Of a DNA stretch of 39,872 nt, positions 1-10,718 are shown in pieces. The notes under the pieces are model-generated. The model ran no database searches, had not been told where the DNA came from, and saw nothing but the letters and a program-made list of their open reading frames with translations. How positions within the stretch are numbered: position 1 is the stretch's first letter; every line of letters starts with the position of its first letter. A program made the translations under genes and the position numbers. The stretch spans positions 53,629,072 through 53,668,943 of the forward strand of contig NC_068986.1 of the NCBI RefSeq assembly GCF_001194135.2. Reading direction: 5' to 3'. The DNA is from Octopus bimaculoides. Taxonomy: Eukaryota.

Positions 1-52
<52 letters not shown>

Positions 53-110
53 TGTTTGTGTGTCTGCGTGTTTGTGTGTGTATCATATTTGTATGTGTGT
101 ATGCATGTGT
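1..110. repeat. (TG)n microsatellite and degenerate TG/TA tail
   Basis: Perfect (TG)n at 1-48, decaying to about 110. Confidence 0.95.
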
Positions 111-118
111 ATAGGGAT

Positions 119-952
119 TGCTACCGACTTTTAATTGATACAGGTTGGTGATGTGATCAGCAGCTGCTAACTCACTGATGGTGTGCTAAAATATCCTCTC
201 ATGTTCATTTTAGAATATTCACGATAATGTAAGGTTTATTGCGGCATCAGTAAATGTTTATGGAAGATATTGACAACATGCAACTTAAAATTCGCCCTGT
301 TGTTGTTAGTAAGAGGATAGCTGAAATTTCTCGTGAAGGAAGACAATGAGCTGTTAGAAAATGTTAGGTTGAAAACTTATGACAGTATTAACAGCTAATG
401 GTTTAAAGCTAACTAGCAGAGACACCTACTCGAGGCAGGAGAATGATACCTTAGTTTTCTTGTTTAGAGGTGCAACTAGCTGTTGTAATATGTGTAGTTT
501 CTCGCTAAGACAATGACAACGGTTGTGTGCTCCAGGTGAATAGGTGGAAACTTTCTAGAGATTGTTCTAGCTTATGCTGAGCTGAACGATTCTCTGATGC
601 CAGACTCTCCAGGGAAATGGTGTTTTCCTTGTCTCCGAATCTGAGGGAGTACAAGTGTTTGGTAAATCTCTTTTTGAAGTTATTAGTTGTAAGTCCTGTG
701 CAAGTAAGTGAGAACCGCCTAATCGACTGCTATTTTGGAAAGTCAGAATCCTTTCAGCGGGATGGTGGTTTTATTTCGGAATGAGGATGCTTGAAGAGAA
801 AGCTTTGTAGAATATGCATTTTTAATGTTGTATACTGTCTAGACAAGAGTAGCTCATCTTATCATTATGTATATTAAGAAGTTTATGTGTACTTAGAAAG
901 TGGTGCTTAATTAGAAATAAGTGCCTTTATTAGGGGTATGTTTGCGGAGACA
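119..952 (-). mobile_element. Possible solo LTR or LTR-like fragment
   Basis: Complex non-coding block bounded by TG...CA with loosely similar ends (tgctaccg / tgtctccg) and AATAAA-like signals on the minus strand. No target-site duplication found, so support is weak. Confidence 0.25.
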
Positions 953-1475
953 TTAAATATATGTTTACATTTAGTATGATACACAGATGTCGATTTAGAT
1001 TTATTGTTATTTCAATTGTGTACAACAAATTTTTCCACAGCCTGGAAAACTTCTGCAATACCAGTAAACGTTTTATTCACTGTTTCCTATATATCGAAGC
1101 ACAAATTTCGTTTAAATCAGTGACAGCCAGGTGCACGGTATTGACAAGTCTCAATAAAAGCGAAACACGTTTGTCGTTCTCGTGAGTCACTGCAGTGACG
1201 ATGTTCATCTCGCTCTGATATATAGATATCGTTCCTTTAATACGCAAGATTTTAACGTCCCTTTCGGATCCTTTCCAGTCAGTTGTTAGGCTGGCTTTAA
1301 GAATGATCGTCCGAAATACTTTGACATTTGTTCAAAGACTTCTAAAGTCTCTCACCTTTTTTCCGGTAACAGAAAGTGAGGTTGAATTCAGAATATACAG
1401 AACTGAAACGAATGACACAAGATATTGCTTCCGACGCTTTACCATTCCACCTATCCTCCTATCCGCCGCCTAGAG

Positions 1476-1597
1476 AGGTATTATATTTATTGACCTTAAA
1501 GGATTAATAGTAAAGCTGACTTAAGTAGGACTTGAACTCAGAACGAATAGAGCTGGGACAAATACCGCAAAGCATTCTGTTCAAAGCTCTAACGTCT
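1476..1597 (-). mobile_element. Degenerate SINE fragment (family starting ggcgagctggcagaa)
   Basis: aaagctgacttaagtaggacttgaactcagaacg...aaataccgcaaagcattctg matches the reverse complement of the copies at 11596, 26126 and 37215. Confidence 0.7.
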
Positions 1598-1649
1598 TCG
1601 AATATAAAAGTTTAAAAAAAGAACTAGATTGATAAAATCGTTATACACA

Positions 1650-1724
<75 letters not shown>

Positions 1725-1775
1725 CGCACACACACACGCACACACACACACACACATACACACACACGCACACAT
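1650..1775. repeat. (CA)n microsatellite
   Basis: Long CA run; it produces the spurious HT/CV ORFs. Confidence 0.95.
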
Positions 1776-2365
1776 AAATATACATTGCATTTTACATATG
1801 TACATATATGCCTTTGTCAGTGCAACAGTGCAAGCGGAAATAATTATATATGACAAGCCGGCTGGTTAAGACGGATAATATGTAATGATATCTAATAGGA
1901 AAGGATTCATGTGGAGATTATCTACTCAAATAGATTATAATTAGCGAATTTATTCATTAATAGGAAACATTATATTCGGCTGGAAAATTTGGAACAGGGA
2001 AATGCTCAATGATTAATTGAGTATGGAAGAAAACAAAATTGATATATCACTGTTGATAGATAGAATCACTAGAATATTTGAGTGTGTAATTTATACCATT
2101 ATGCCATATGTACCACGTTTATATGTATATGTGTGTTTGCGTGTTTGCATATTATTTATGCTACATATACATTGTATAATATATAACAGTTTATGATACG
2201 ATATGATAAAATATGAAATGGATTAATATGGCATTATTAGAGGAACTAGATAAGTACTATGAAAGCTATTTGTGCACACAAAGTGGATTAATGTTTGATT
2301 TTATTCAGTTGATGACTCGATAGACTACCGGTAGAGATACACATAATGTGTGTGTGTGTTTGTGA

Positions 2366-2665
2366 GATGGAGCGTGGCCAAGTGGTTGGGCGTGTTACAT
2401 TCACGACCGTGAGATCGTGGTTTCGATCCCCAGATCAGCTGCGCGTTGTGTTCTTGAACAAAACACTTCATTTCATGTTGTTCCAGTTCAGTCAGCTGCA
2501 AATGGCTAACCCGGCGACAAACTAGCCTCCCGATCGAGAAGAATGCTGGCCTGCTCACCTAGCCAGCAGGCTGGCATCATTCGAAAGCTAAAACGATACA
2601 AAGTGCATTGTGATCAGCGATTAATAAGAATATCCGATAGTCTGGGCGATCATATGATCATGTGA
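2366..2665 (+). mobile_element. tRNA-derived SINE with CORE-like central domain
   Basis: Pol III box A tggccaagtgg (2375-2385), box B ggtttcgatccc (2419-2430), followed by CORE-like ttgtgttcttgaacaaaacacttcatt...cagctgcaaatgg. Confidence 0.8.
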
Positions 2666-2742
2666 TGTGTGTGTGTGTAATTTATACCATTATGCCATAT
2701 GTACTACGTTTTGAGTCCTACTTATATCTCAATCAGTTGTAT

Positions 2743-2744
<2 letters not shown>

Positions 2745-2799
<55 letters not shown>

Positions 2800-2800
2800 A
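2745..2800. repeat. (GA)n microsatellite
   Basis: Direct observation. Confidence 0.95.
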
Positions 2801-2869
2801 GATACAGAGATAAACAGGCAAATATATAGTTAGAAAATATGAGCAATATCAATATATTTGTTCAGTGTA

Positions 2870-3820
2870 TCGTTATTCAAGACAAGATGGCGGGGATTCT
2901 AAAGAGTTTGGATTTCTCTTTCTCTACATGGAGCCTCCCTCATTGGCTTGTTCTTGTTCTTGTTGCTGTCTAATCCTACGTCAACTATAACCGAGCAAAT
3001 ATATGGTGAAAACAATGGCGTTCTCATCTTATTCTCGGATATTGCGTGTCTCGGACCTCATTAGTCAATGTAATCCCTTCTTTTCAAGACAGCAGGGTGT
3101 AATTTAAGGGAGATTTGGCTGATGTCTATAAGCAGGTTGTGCGAGCATGAAAAAATTATGTTGTCTTCATCGTTGTTGTTGTTATTGGTAGTGGTAGTGG
3201 TAGTAATGTTTAACCCCAGGTCAGAGCTAGTTAAGTGGTCCTATGTTCAAAAGCGTTCAAGAATGACAATGTCTTTCTTTTTCTATGTTTTGTTTGTTGT
3301 TTTGAGACATGTGTATTCAAGGTTACATTATCTTTGGTTACTGTTTGTTGTAGATCGAACGACGGAGCAGAAATACCTTCGTTGGCTCAAGTTAGTGGTC
3401 ATTGCTGATGCTATTCTTGTTCAGTCTAATGTCTGTCCAGAGAAAGTAGACTTATGATCGAAGGCATTCCATCGGTGGCCATCACGATTTTTATAGGTGG
3501 ATAATTTCGGACTTTATTAACTAATGTTTCCTTTGCTTTTTAAAGATGGCAGCGTGCTAATTGAGGGTGATTTTGATGCTAATTAAACGGCATATCTGGC
3601 GTCGATGTTGTTGCTGTGGTCATCGTCGACGTCGTTGTTGTAAACCCTAATCAAGCAGATCCATGATCAAAGGCACTCCCGCCGTAACCATCCCGTCTGT
3701 TTAGGGTTATCTAAGACTACATTATCTAATACGTCCTTGTCCTTCTATAAGACGATAGGGCGTGATTTGAGTAAGATTCGGCTTCTATTTCAAACAGGTT
3801 GAGCAACCACATAGAAACGT
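2870..3820 (-). mobile_element. Head-to-tail array of about 5 degenerate copies of an (AAC)n-tailed short retroelement
   Basis: Recurring blocks gtttaaccccaggtcag / tgatcaaaggcattcc / gatttgagggagatttggctgctatttc / cctcgttgg, all in one orientation and separated by (GTT/GTC)n tails. Confidence 0.7.
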
Positions 3821-3828
3821 GTCACGTG

Positions 3829-3891
3829 TGTATGGTGGTGGTGGTGGTGGTGGTGGTGGTGGTGGTGCTGCTGCTGCTGCTGCTGCTGCTG
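3829..3891. repeat. (GGT)n(GCT)n trinucleotide repeat at gap edge
   Basis: Direct observation. Confidence 0.95.
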
Positions 3892-4501
3892 NNNNNNNNN
3901 NNNNNNNNNNNNNNNNNNNNNNNNNNNNNNNNNNNNNNNNNNNNNNNNNNNNNNNNNNNNNNNNNNNNNNNNNNNNNNNNNNNNNNNNNNNNNNNNNNNN
4001 NNNNNNNNNNNNNNNNNNNNNNNNNNNNNNNNNNNNNNNNNNNNNNNNNNNNNNNNNNNNNNNNNNNNNNNNNNNNNNNNNNNNNNNNNNNNNNNNNNNN
4101 NNNNNNNNNNNNNNNNNNNNNNNNNNNNNNNNNNNNNNNNNNNNNNNNNNNNNNNNNNNNNNNNNNNNNNNNNNNNNNNNNNNNNNNNNNNNNNNNNNNN
4201 NNNNNNNNNNNNNNNNNNNNNNNNNNNNNNNNNNNNNNNNNNNNNNNNNNNNNNNNNNNNNNNNNNNNNNNNNNNNNNNNNNNNNNNNNNNNNNNNNNNN
4301 NNNNNNNNNNNNNNNNNNNNNNNNNNNNNNNNNNNNNNNNNNNNNNNNNNNNNNNNNNNNNNNNNNNNNNNNNNNNNNNNNNNNNNNNNNNNNNNNNNNN
4401 NNNNNNNNNNNNNNNNNNNNNNNNNNNNNNNNNNNNNNNNNNNNNNNNNNNNNNNNNNNNNNNNNNNNNNNNNNNNNNNNNNNNNNNNNNNNNNNNNNNN
4501 N
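3892..4501. other. Assembly gap. Other gaps: 4955-5921, 7036-7370, 10719-11438, 14218-14911, 16672-16895, 19172-20087, 22390-22467, 23954-23978, 28349-28358, 30281-30811, 34147-34522, 37347-38042
   Basis: Runs of N; most are flanked by microsatellites or SINEs. Confidence 1.
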
Positions 4502-4502
4502 A

Positions 4503-4541
<39 letters not shown>

Positions 4542-5956
4542 AAGAGAGAGAGAGAGAAAGAGAGAGAGAGAAAGAGAGAGTGAGAGAAAGAGAGAGAGAG
4601 AGAGAGAAGGAAAGAGAGATGGAGAGAGAAGGAGGCAGAGGGAGGGAGAGGGAGAGAGAGAATGGGTGAGAGGGACAAAAACAGAGACTGACGGACTAAA
4701 ACGAAGAAAGAGAAAGGATGAGAGAAATAGAGACGAACCGAGTAGAGAGAGAGAGCGAGAGAAAAGGAGAGGGAGAGCGAGAGAAAGGGAGAGAGAGAGA
4801 GAGCGAGAGAAAAGGAGAGAGAGAGCGAGAGAAAGGGAGAGAGAGAGCGAGAGAAAGGGAGAGAGAGAGAGCGAGAGAAAAGGAGAGAGAGAACGAGAGA
4901 AAGGGAGAGAGAGAGAGCGAGAGAAATGGAGAGAGAGAGCGAGAGAAAGGGAGANNNNNNNNNNNNNNNNNNNNNNNNNNNNNNNNNNNNNNNNNNNNNN
5001 NNNNNNNNNNNNNNNNNNNNNNNNNNNNNNNNNNNNNNNNNNNNNNNNNNNNNNNNNNNNNNNNNNNNNNNNNNNNNNNNNNNNNNNNNNNNNNNNNNNN
5101 NNNNNNNNNNNNNNNNNNNNNNNNNNNNNNNNNNNNNNNNNNNNNNNNNNNNNNNNNNNNNNNNNNNNNNNNNNNNNNNNNNNNNNNNNNNNNNNNNNNN
5201 NNNNNNNNNNNNNNNNNNNNNNNNNNNNNNNNNNNNNNNNNNNNNNNNNNNNNNNNNNNNNNNNNNNNNNNNNNNNNNNNNNNNNNNNNNNNNNNNNNNN
5301 NNNNNNNNNNNNNNNNNNNNNNNNNNNNNNNNNNNNNNNNNNNNNNNNNNNNNNNNNNNNNNNNNNNNNNNNNNNNNNNNNNNNNNNNNNNNNNNNNNNN
5401 NNNNNNNNNNNNNNNNNNNNNNNNNNNNNNNNNNNNNNNNNNNNNNNNNNNNNNNNNNNNNNNNNNNNNNNNNNNNNNNNNNNNNNNNNNNNNNNNNNNN
5501 NNNNNNNNNNNNNNNNNNNNNNNNNNNNNNNNNNNNNNNNNNNNNNNNNNNNNNNNNNNNNNNNNNNNNNNNNNNNNNNNNNNNNNNNNNNNNNNNNNNN
5601 NNNNNNNNNNNNNNNNNNNNNNNNNNNNNNNNNNNNNNNNNNNNNNNNNNNNNNNNNNNNNNNNNNNNNNNNNNNNNNNNNNNNNNNNNNNNNNNNNNNN
5701 NNNNNNNNNNNNNNNNNNNNNNNNNNNNNNNNNNNNNNNNNNNNNNNNNNNNNNNNNNNNNNNNNNNNNNNNNNNNNNNNNNNNNNNNNNNNNNNNNNNN
5801 NNNNNNNNNNNNNNNNNNNNNNNNNNNNNNNNNNNNNNNNNNNNNNNNNNNNNNNNNNNNNNNNNNNNNNNNNNNNNNNNNNNNNNNNNNNNNNNNNNNN
5901 NNNNNNNNNNNNNNNNNNNNNAAATAAAGAAAGAAAGAGAGAGAGAGAGAGAAATA

Positions 5957-6008
<52 letters not shown>

Positions 6009-6085
6009 AAATGAGAGATGGATAAAGAAATGAAGGGAGAGAAAGTGAGAAAGAATGGGGGAAAGAGAGAGAATGGGGAGAGAGA
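4502..6085. repeat. GA-rich satellite, (GA)n / (GAAA)n / gagagcgagagaaagg units, spanning a gap
   Basis: Direct observation; source of the ER/RE-rich pseudo-ORFs. Confidence 0.95.
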
Positions 6086-6179
6086 TTTTGAGTCCTACTT
6101 ATATCTCAATCAGTTGTTTTGTAATATTTGCAGCAGAAAAAGAAGAAAGAAAAACATCAATATCGAAGCTATGACGTCA

Positions 6180-6408
6180 CGAGTCAACAACACAACTATA
6201 CCAACAAAACCAACAGAACCAGCAGCAGCAGCAGCAGCAGCAGCGGCAGCAACAGTAACACCAGCAACAGGAGGAACAAGGATAATAATGGCAGCTACAT
6301 CGACATCAGGGGGAAGAGCAGCTGTAAGAGCAACAGTTGCAGCAGCAGCAGCAACAACAACAACAACAACAGAAACAATAGTTGTGACGGCTGCAACTTC
6401 ATTCACTC

Positions 6409-6445
<37 letters not shown>

Positions 6446-6492
6446 TATTAGTAGTAGTATTAGTAGTAGTAGTAGTAGTAGTAGTAGCAGTT
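6180..6492. repeat. Low-complexity (CAG/CAA/AGT)n trinucleotide region
   Basis: Runs of cag, caa and agt; the poly-A/T/S/Q ORFs result from them. Confidence 0.9.
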
Positions 6493-6718
6493 AAGTGCAG
6501 TTGAAGGCAGTGTCAGTTGTTTTAGCAACGCAATATTTGGTGTATTTAGCATCGGCTGAACAATACACGTTCAGAAGTGAGCGGAAGCAGAAGTAGCTTT
6601 AGTAATGCTATACCTTCAAATTTAACGAAGGTAGCAGCGGTAGTACTACCAACAACGTTACCAGCAGCTGATGTTCCCAAAATGGCGCTATATACATATA
6701 TATATATATATACATATA

Positions 6719-7035
6719 CTCTTTTACTCTTTTACTTGTTTCAGTCATTTGACTGCGGCCATGCTGGAGCACCACCTTTAGTCGAGCAAATCGACCCCAG
6801 GACTTATTCTTTGGATGCCTAGTACTTATTCTATCGGTCTCTTTTGCCGAACCGCTAGGTTACGGGGACGTAAACACACCAGCATCGGTTGTCAAACGAT
6901 GTTGGGAGACAAACACAGACACAAACATACACACACACACATATATATATATATATACATATATATACGACGGGCTTCTTTCAGTTTCCGTCTACCAAAT
7001 CCACTCACAAGGCTTTGGTCGGCCCGAGGCTATAG
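6719..7035 (-). mobile_element. Young tRNA-derived SINE (3' two-thirds; head lost in the gap)
   Basis: ttttactcttttacttgtttcagtcatttgactgcggccatgctggagcacc...cgacgggcttctttcagtttccgtctaccaaatccactcacaaggctttggtcggcccgaggctatag. Same family as 25880-26483 and 27235-27552, and matches a very abundant Octopus SINE as I recall it. Confidence 0.9.
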
Positions 7036-8299
7036 NNNNNNNNNNNNNNNNNNNNNNNNNNNNNNNNNNNNNNNNNNNNNNNNNNNNNNNNNNNNNNNNN
7101 NNNNNNNNNNNNNNNNNNNNNNNNNNNNNNNNNNNNNNNNNNNNNNNNNNNNNNNNNNNNNNNNNNNNNNNNNNNNNNNNNNNNNNNNNNNNNNNNNNNN
7201 NNNNNNNNNNNNNNNNNNNNNNNNNNNNNNNNNNNNNNNNNNNNNNNNNNNNNNNNNNNNNNNNNNNNNNNNNNNNNNNNNNNNNNNNNNNNNNNNNNNN
7301 NNNNNNNNNNNNNNNNNNNNNNNNNNNNNNNNNNNNNNNNNNNNNNNNNNNNNNNNNNNNNNNNNNNNNNATATATATCGTCATCATCATTATCTTCATC
7401 ATGATCATGTGGTTATTGGGTTTTCGTTTATTGAAAGAACGAAATAAACCGCAGACTGACAAAAGAACTCAATGCCAACTGACAGAATAAATGACATAGT
7501 GACAAATGTACATTTGTTTTTCCCCCACGGGAGATAATCAAGCATTGTAGAACCAATTATTCTTATACGCATAACATTTCAATGTATGCATAGAAAAAGA
7601 GAAGTGAGTGGGGTGGGAGCCATTATTTAAGCGATAATGGAAAAGTTGTGTTGATATGAAGAACCTTACCAATTCACCTTCAGAATTTTATCTTCTCTTT
7701 CCATTAGTAACACATTGAGTTTGTAAGTAACGGAATTGTGCCATCGTTTCTGTGTATTGGCGTAAACAGTTTTAAATTAGCATCAAATGTTTTAACAAAT
7801 AAAAAATTGAAAGCATACGGAATAATTTAATTAGAAAAAAGAAGACGTAGTCAGAAGCGTGTCTATGGAAAGAGTGGCTTTTATTAAAGTGTGGAGAATT
7901 ATCAAAAGTAATAGAAAGGTCGATACGTAGAATGTTGTCAAACTTCAAAGGCATTTTCAAAAGATTGTTGTGGTTTGCTTTCAGGCACAATATTTCTTCT
8001 GTTTATAAATAAAGAATTATGTCACCGATTATAATTATTTCTATTTAAAGCTACAATTAGCAGCACATACACACATACACAGACACACATATGGATGGAT
8101 GGATGAATGGATGGATATTGAAACGTACGAAATAATCAATGTATACCGTCCTTAAAAAGTGATTGTTGTTGAAATCTTTGAATAACAAAAAAAAAAGATA
8201 CTATTTTGCGAGGAAAGTGTGTGTGTGTATATACATGTGTGTGTGTGCGTGCGCACGCGTGTGCACGCGTGTGTAATTTTATTAAAACTTAATGTGAGA

Positions 8300-8400
8300 G
8301 TTTGTTTCGTAATTCGAGTTTCATGCCACTGCGATCTTCAGGCGAAGATCTTCTTCGCCTTAAGATTGCGATGGTGCGAAACTCGAGTCGTGAGACAAAC
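8300..8400. repeat. Imperfect palindrome, 49-bp arms and 3-nt loop
   Basis: 8300-8348 versus the reverse complement of 8352-8400: 37/49 identical, no indels. Confidence 0.9.
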
Positions 8401-8497
8401 CCTCAGCTTCAGTTAAAAAAAAAATATCCTCTAAAATATGCATTCAGTGGGCCTTTTTCAATTCGATCGACATTAAACAACATACGCGTATATAATT

Positions 8498-8544
<47 letters not shown>

Positions 8545-9399
8545 GTGTGTGTGTGTGTATTTTCATGTTCTTTCTCATATATTCATTCACTTTCAAACAT
8601 ACTGTCTAGTTCTTTTATGCTCATGTAAAGCAATACTAATACTAAAATATCTTAATGAGTATGGTTATTTACGTATGAAAAATACTATAAAATTGCTTAA
8701 CGCTTAAAATGTGTATGTATGTGCTGAAAAGAGAAGAAAACTTTAGTTAGTGGAAGCAGGAAAGAATAATGTATCGGTGAATAGGAAGTGATGTGACTTT
8801 AAGAGTGGTTTTATTTATTAGGGTATACTGTAGATGTAAAATGCCCGAAAGTTTTAGACACATCATACCTGCACAAAGTCACTCATTGAATTTCTGCTGA
8901 TGAGCGGCTTTTAACTATGAATATTTCATACGTTTCTGCGATACATTAGTTATATTACTTTTATATGCTGCCGATCAAGTTAAGAATTGTTGGTCAATAA
9001 ATAGTGCAGCATAGGAAGGGAGTAGATAATCCGTGGAAATAACTGAAGGTATTAATCTGTTTAAGTGTGTACTATACTACTCTTACTGGGTCTACTTCTT
9101 TAGCATAAGCATTGTGTAAAAATAAGCATAGAAATTTTAGGCTTCAATACATGATATGGATTTCAAATTGTCAAACATAAATAAACTAAAGTTCTAATAT
9201 TCTATAAACTGCATAACCTGCACGTTAGTTTTCATATTCTTCTATTTTTGAGATGTAAACGTTTTTTAATGTTTTAGATATTTTTTTTTGAAATTCAAAT
9301 ACAAAGACACAGAAAAAAAGAGAGATAAGAAAGGAAAAGAAAGAAAAGAATAAGTTGAGAGTAGCAGAAGATTGAAAGGGAGGGGCAATGGACCACATA

Positions 9400-9670
9400 T
9401 CCCGGAACAAATAGTACGCTCAGCCGCGCTCCGCGGTAATGACCGCGATGGCGTTACCGCGGAGATTGGCTACAATGACACTCGCTGCGGCAGCCATTCC
9501 ATCTCACGCAGCTCATTTCTCCAACGGGTTATCCTATTTTGTGGAGGAAATCGGTGGTATGGGATCCGAGAACATCTGACGTCTCGACAGCGACCGGCAC
9601 AAACTGACAGTAGCCGGTCAGGCCCCTGTTTTTATTGATTTTTCTCTTCGCGTTACGGATGACGACACTC
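9400..9670. promoter_or_regulatory. CpG-rich island containing a GC hairpin (possible regulatory element)
   Basis: About 27 CpGs in about 270 bp (hand count) within AT-rich DNA; 11-bp perfect stem 9429-9439/9454-9464. Confidence 0.35.
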
Positions 9671-9859
9671 GAGTTAATTGTTCTATATGTCATCAGTGAG
9701 CTTCCCCTCTGCTTCAACAGCGTCAATATGATTTTTTTAATAGAAAGTATAGTGCCGTTTTGTATAGTTAGTAAGTTCCTTGAAATATGGTTGAAGGATT
9801 AAATGAGCATTCAGGAGTAACCATATCGTCTGAGTAAATTATCATGCATAGTTTCAAGC

Positions 9860-10030
9860 AATTATCTCTATTGGCCGAAAACCCCGGTTCAAGCGGGACA
9901 TGTAAGCGATATGACAAACAGGAAAGTAGCAAACAGGAGAATATTCCTGGCATTGACAACAGAATGAGAACCATATGTCTATTCAGGGAGGGATAACCCA
10001 AGGCTAAACAACAACAACAACAGACAACGT
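9860..10030 (+). mobile_element. RTE-like LINE 3' remnant
   Basis: Decayed frame IGRKPRFKRDM*AI resembles the RTE ORF C-terminal GRPxxRFKDxxKRDMK motif; ends in ggctaaacaacaacaacaac. Confidence 0.5.
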
Positions 10031-10039
10031 ACAAAGGAA

Positions 10040-10505
10040 ACGAGCAAGCCTACACATGATCGATCCGCAGTCAGCTAGAAATAACAGCCAAATATCCTTC
10101 AAACCATGCCATGCCGTCTTTACTCGTACTACTAGAAAAGAACAACCAATTCTCCTTCAAATGACATCATGTTTTTACTTGACTTGGTGTAAATAGCGGT
10201 CAGATCTTCCTTGAATCACACTGCACCATCTTTTTAAAGAAGGAAGGACATATTGGTTAAATGTAGTGCAAAAGCTTTTAACCATAGATCTCTTCAAAAA
10301 GGGTTGAAATGAGACTAAACAGAAACAAAATGAAAGAAAAATTTTTCGTGGTTGCTCGCCCTGCTAGTAATAGCAGCCAAATTGTCCTCAGATTGCATCT
10401 TTCTATCTTTAAGAAAATGTTAATATAGAATGCCTGAAAAAAATGGTTTGGACTACTCGGTCAGGGCTTCAAGCCTGTGGCTAAACAACAACAAAAACAA
10501 CATCA
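10040..10505 (+). mobile_element. Head-to-tail copies (about 3) of the (AAC)n-tailed short retroelement
   Basis: cagctagaaataacagccaaat (10073-), aatcacactgcaccatc, ctgctagtaatagcagccaa (10361-), tail ggctaaacaacaacaaaaacaac. Confidence 0.75.
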
Positions 10506-10654
10506 GCTACTACTACTACCACTACTACTACTATAATTTCATACAATGAAATGTCTTTTACATAATAAATTTACTAAAAAGTCACCTACAAACAGTTTCG
10601 TTGTACGAAAACTCTGCTTTATTTGGTTTACAACGTCCTCTTACGTCTTGAAGT

Positions 10655-10718
10655 TATTTATTCCTAGGTCAGCTCTGATCGAAATGAACTACGATTAGAG
10701 GCATTCTAGTCGTGACAA
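10655..10718 (-). mobile_element. (AAC)n-tailed element 3' fragment running into the gap
   Basis: cctaggtcagctctgatcgaa...gaggcattctagtcgtgac. Confidence 0.6.

Noticed and set aside
1080-1337. About 85-codon stop-free minus-strand frame
   Set aside because: No convincing start or splice sites and no recognisable family.
2366-2432. tRNA gene candidates (also at 25880, 37065 and 38548)
   Set aside because: The A/B boxes continue into SINE bodies and lack a complete cloverleaf; these are SINE heads.
2883-2893. YY1-like motif caagatggcgg
   Set aside because: It lies inside a degenerate copy of the (AAC)n-tailed element and corresponds to its aagacggtagg segment.
3785-6033. Very long ORFs (297-744 aa) in the ORF track, and similar ones at 10.7, 14.2, 19.1, 30.3, 34.0 and 37.3 kb
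   Set aside because: They consist of N-gap (X) residues and microsatellite translations, not real coding sequence.
6018-6494. 158-aa poly-Ala/Thr/Ser ORF and overlapping poly-Q/N frames
   Set aside because: Trinucleotide repeats are open in several frames on both strands; no domain and no splice context.
8897-8935. Second CTGATGA (hammerhead-like) occurrence
   Set aside because: No downstream GAAA, stem III or stem I complementarity.
10361-10376. ctgctagaaatagcag resembles the sgRNA scaffold (gctagaaatagc)
   Set aside because: This is a generic GNRA hairpin in a eukaryotic repeat. There is no CRISPR array, cas gene or prokaryotic context.
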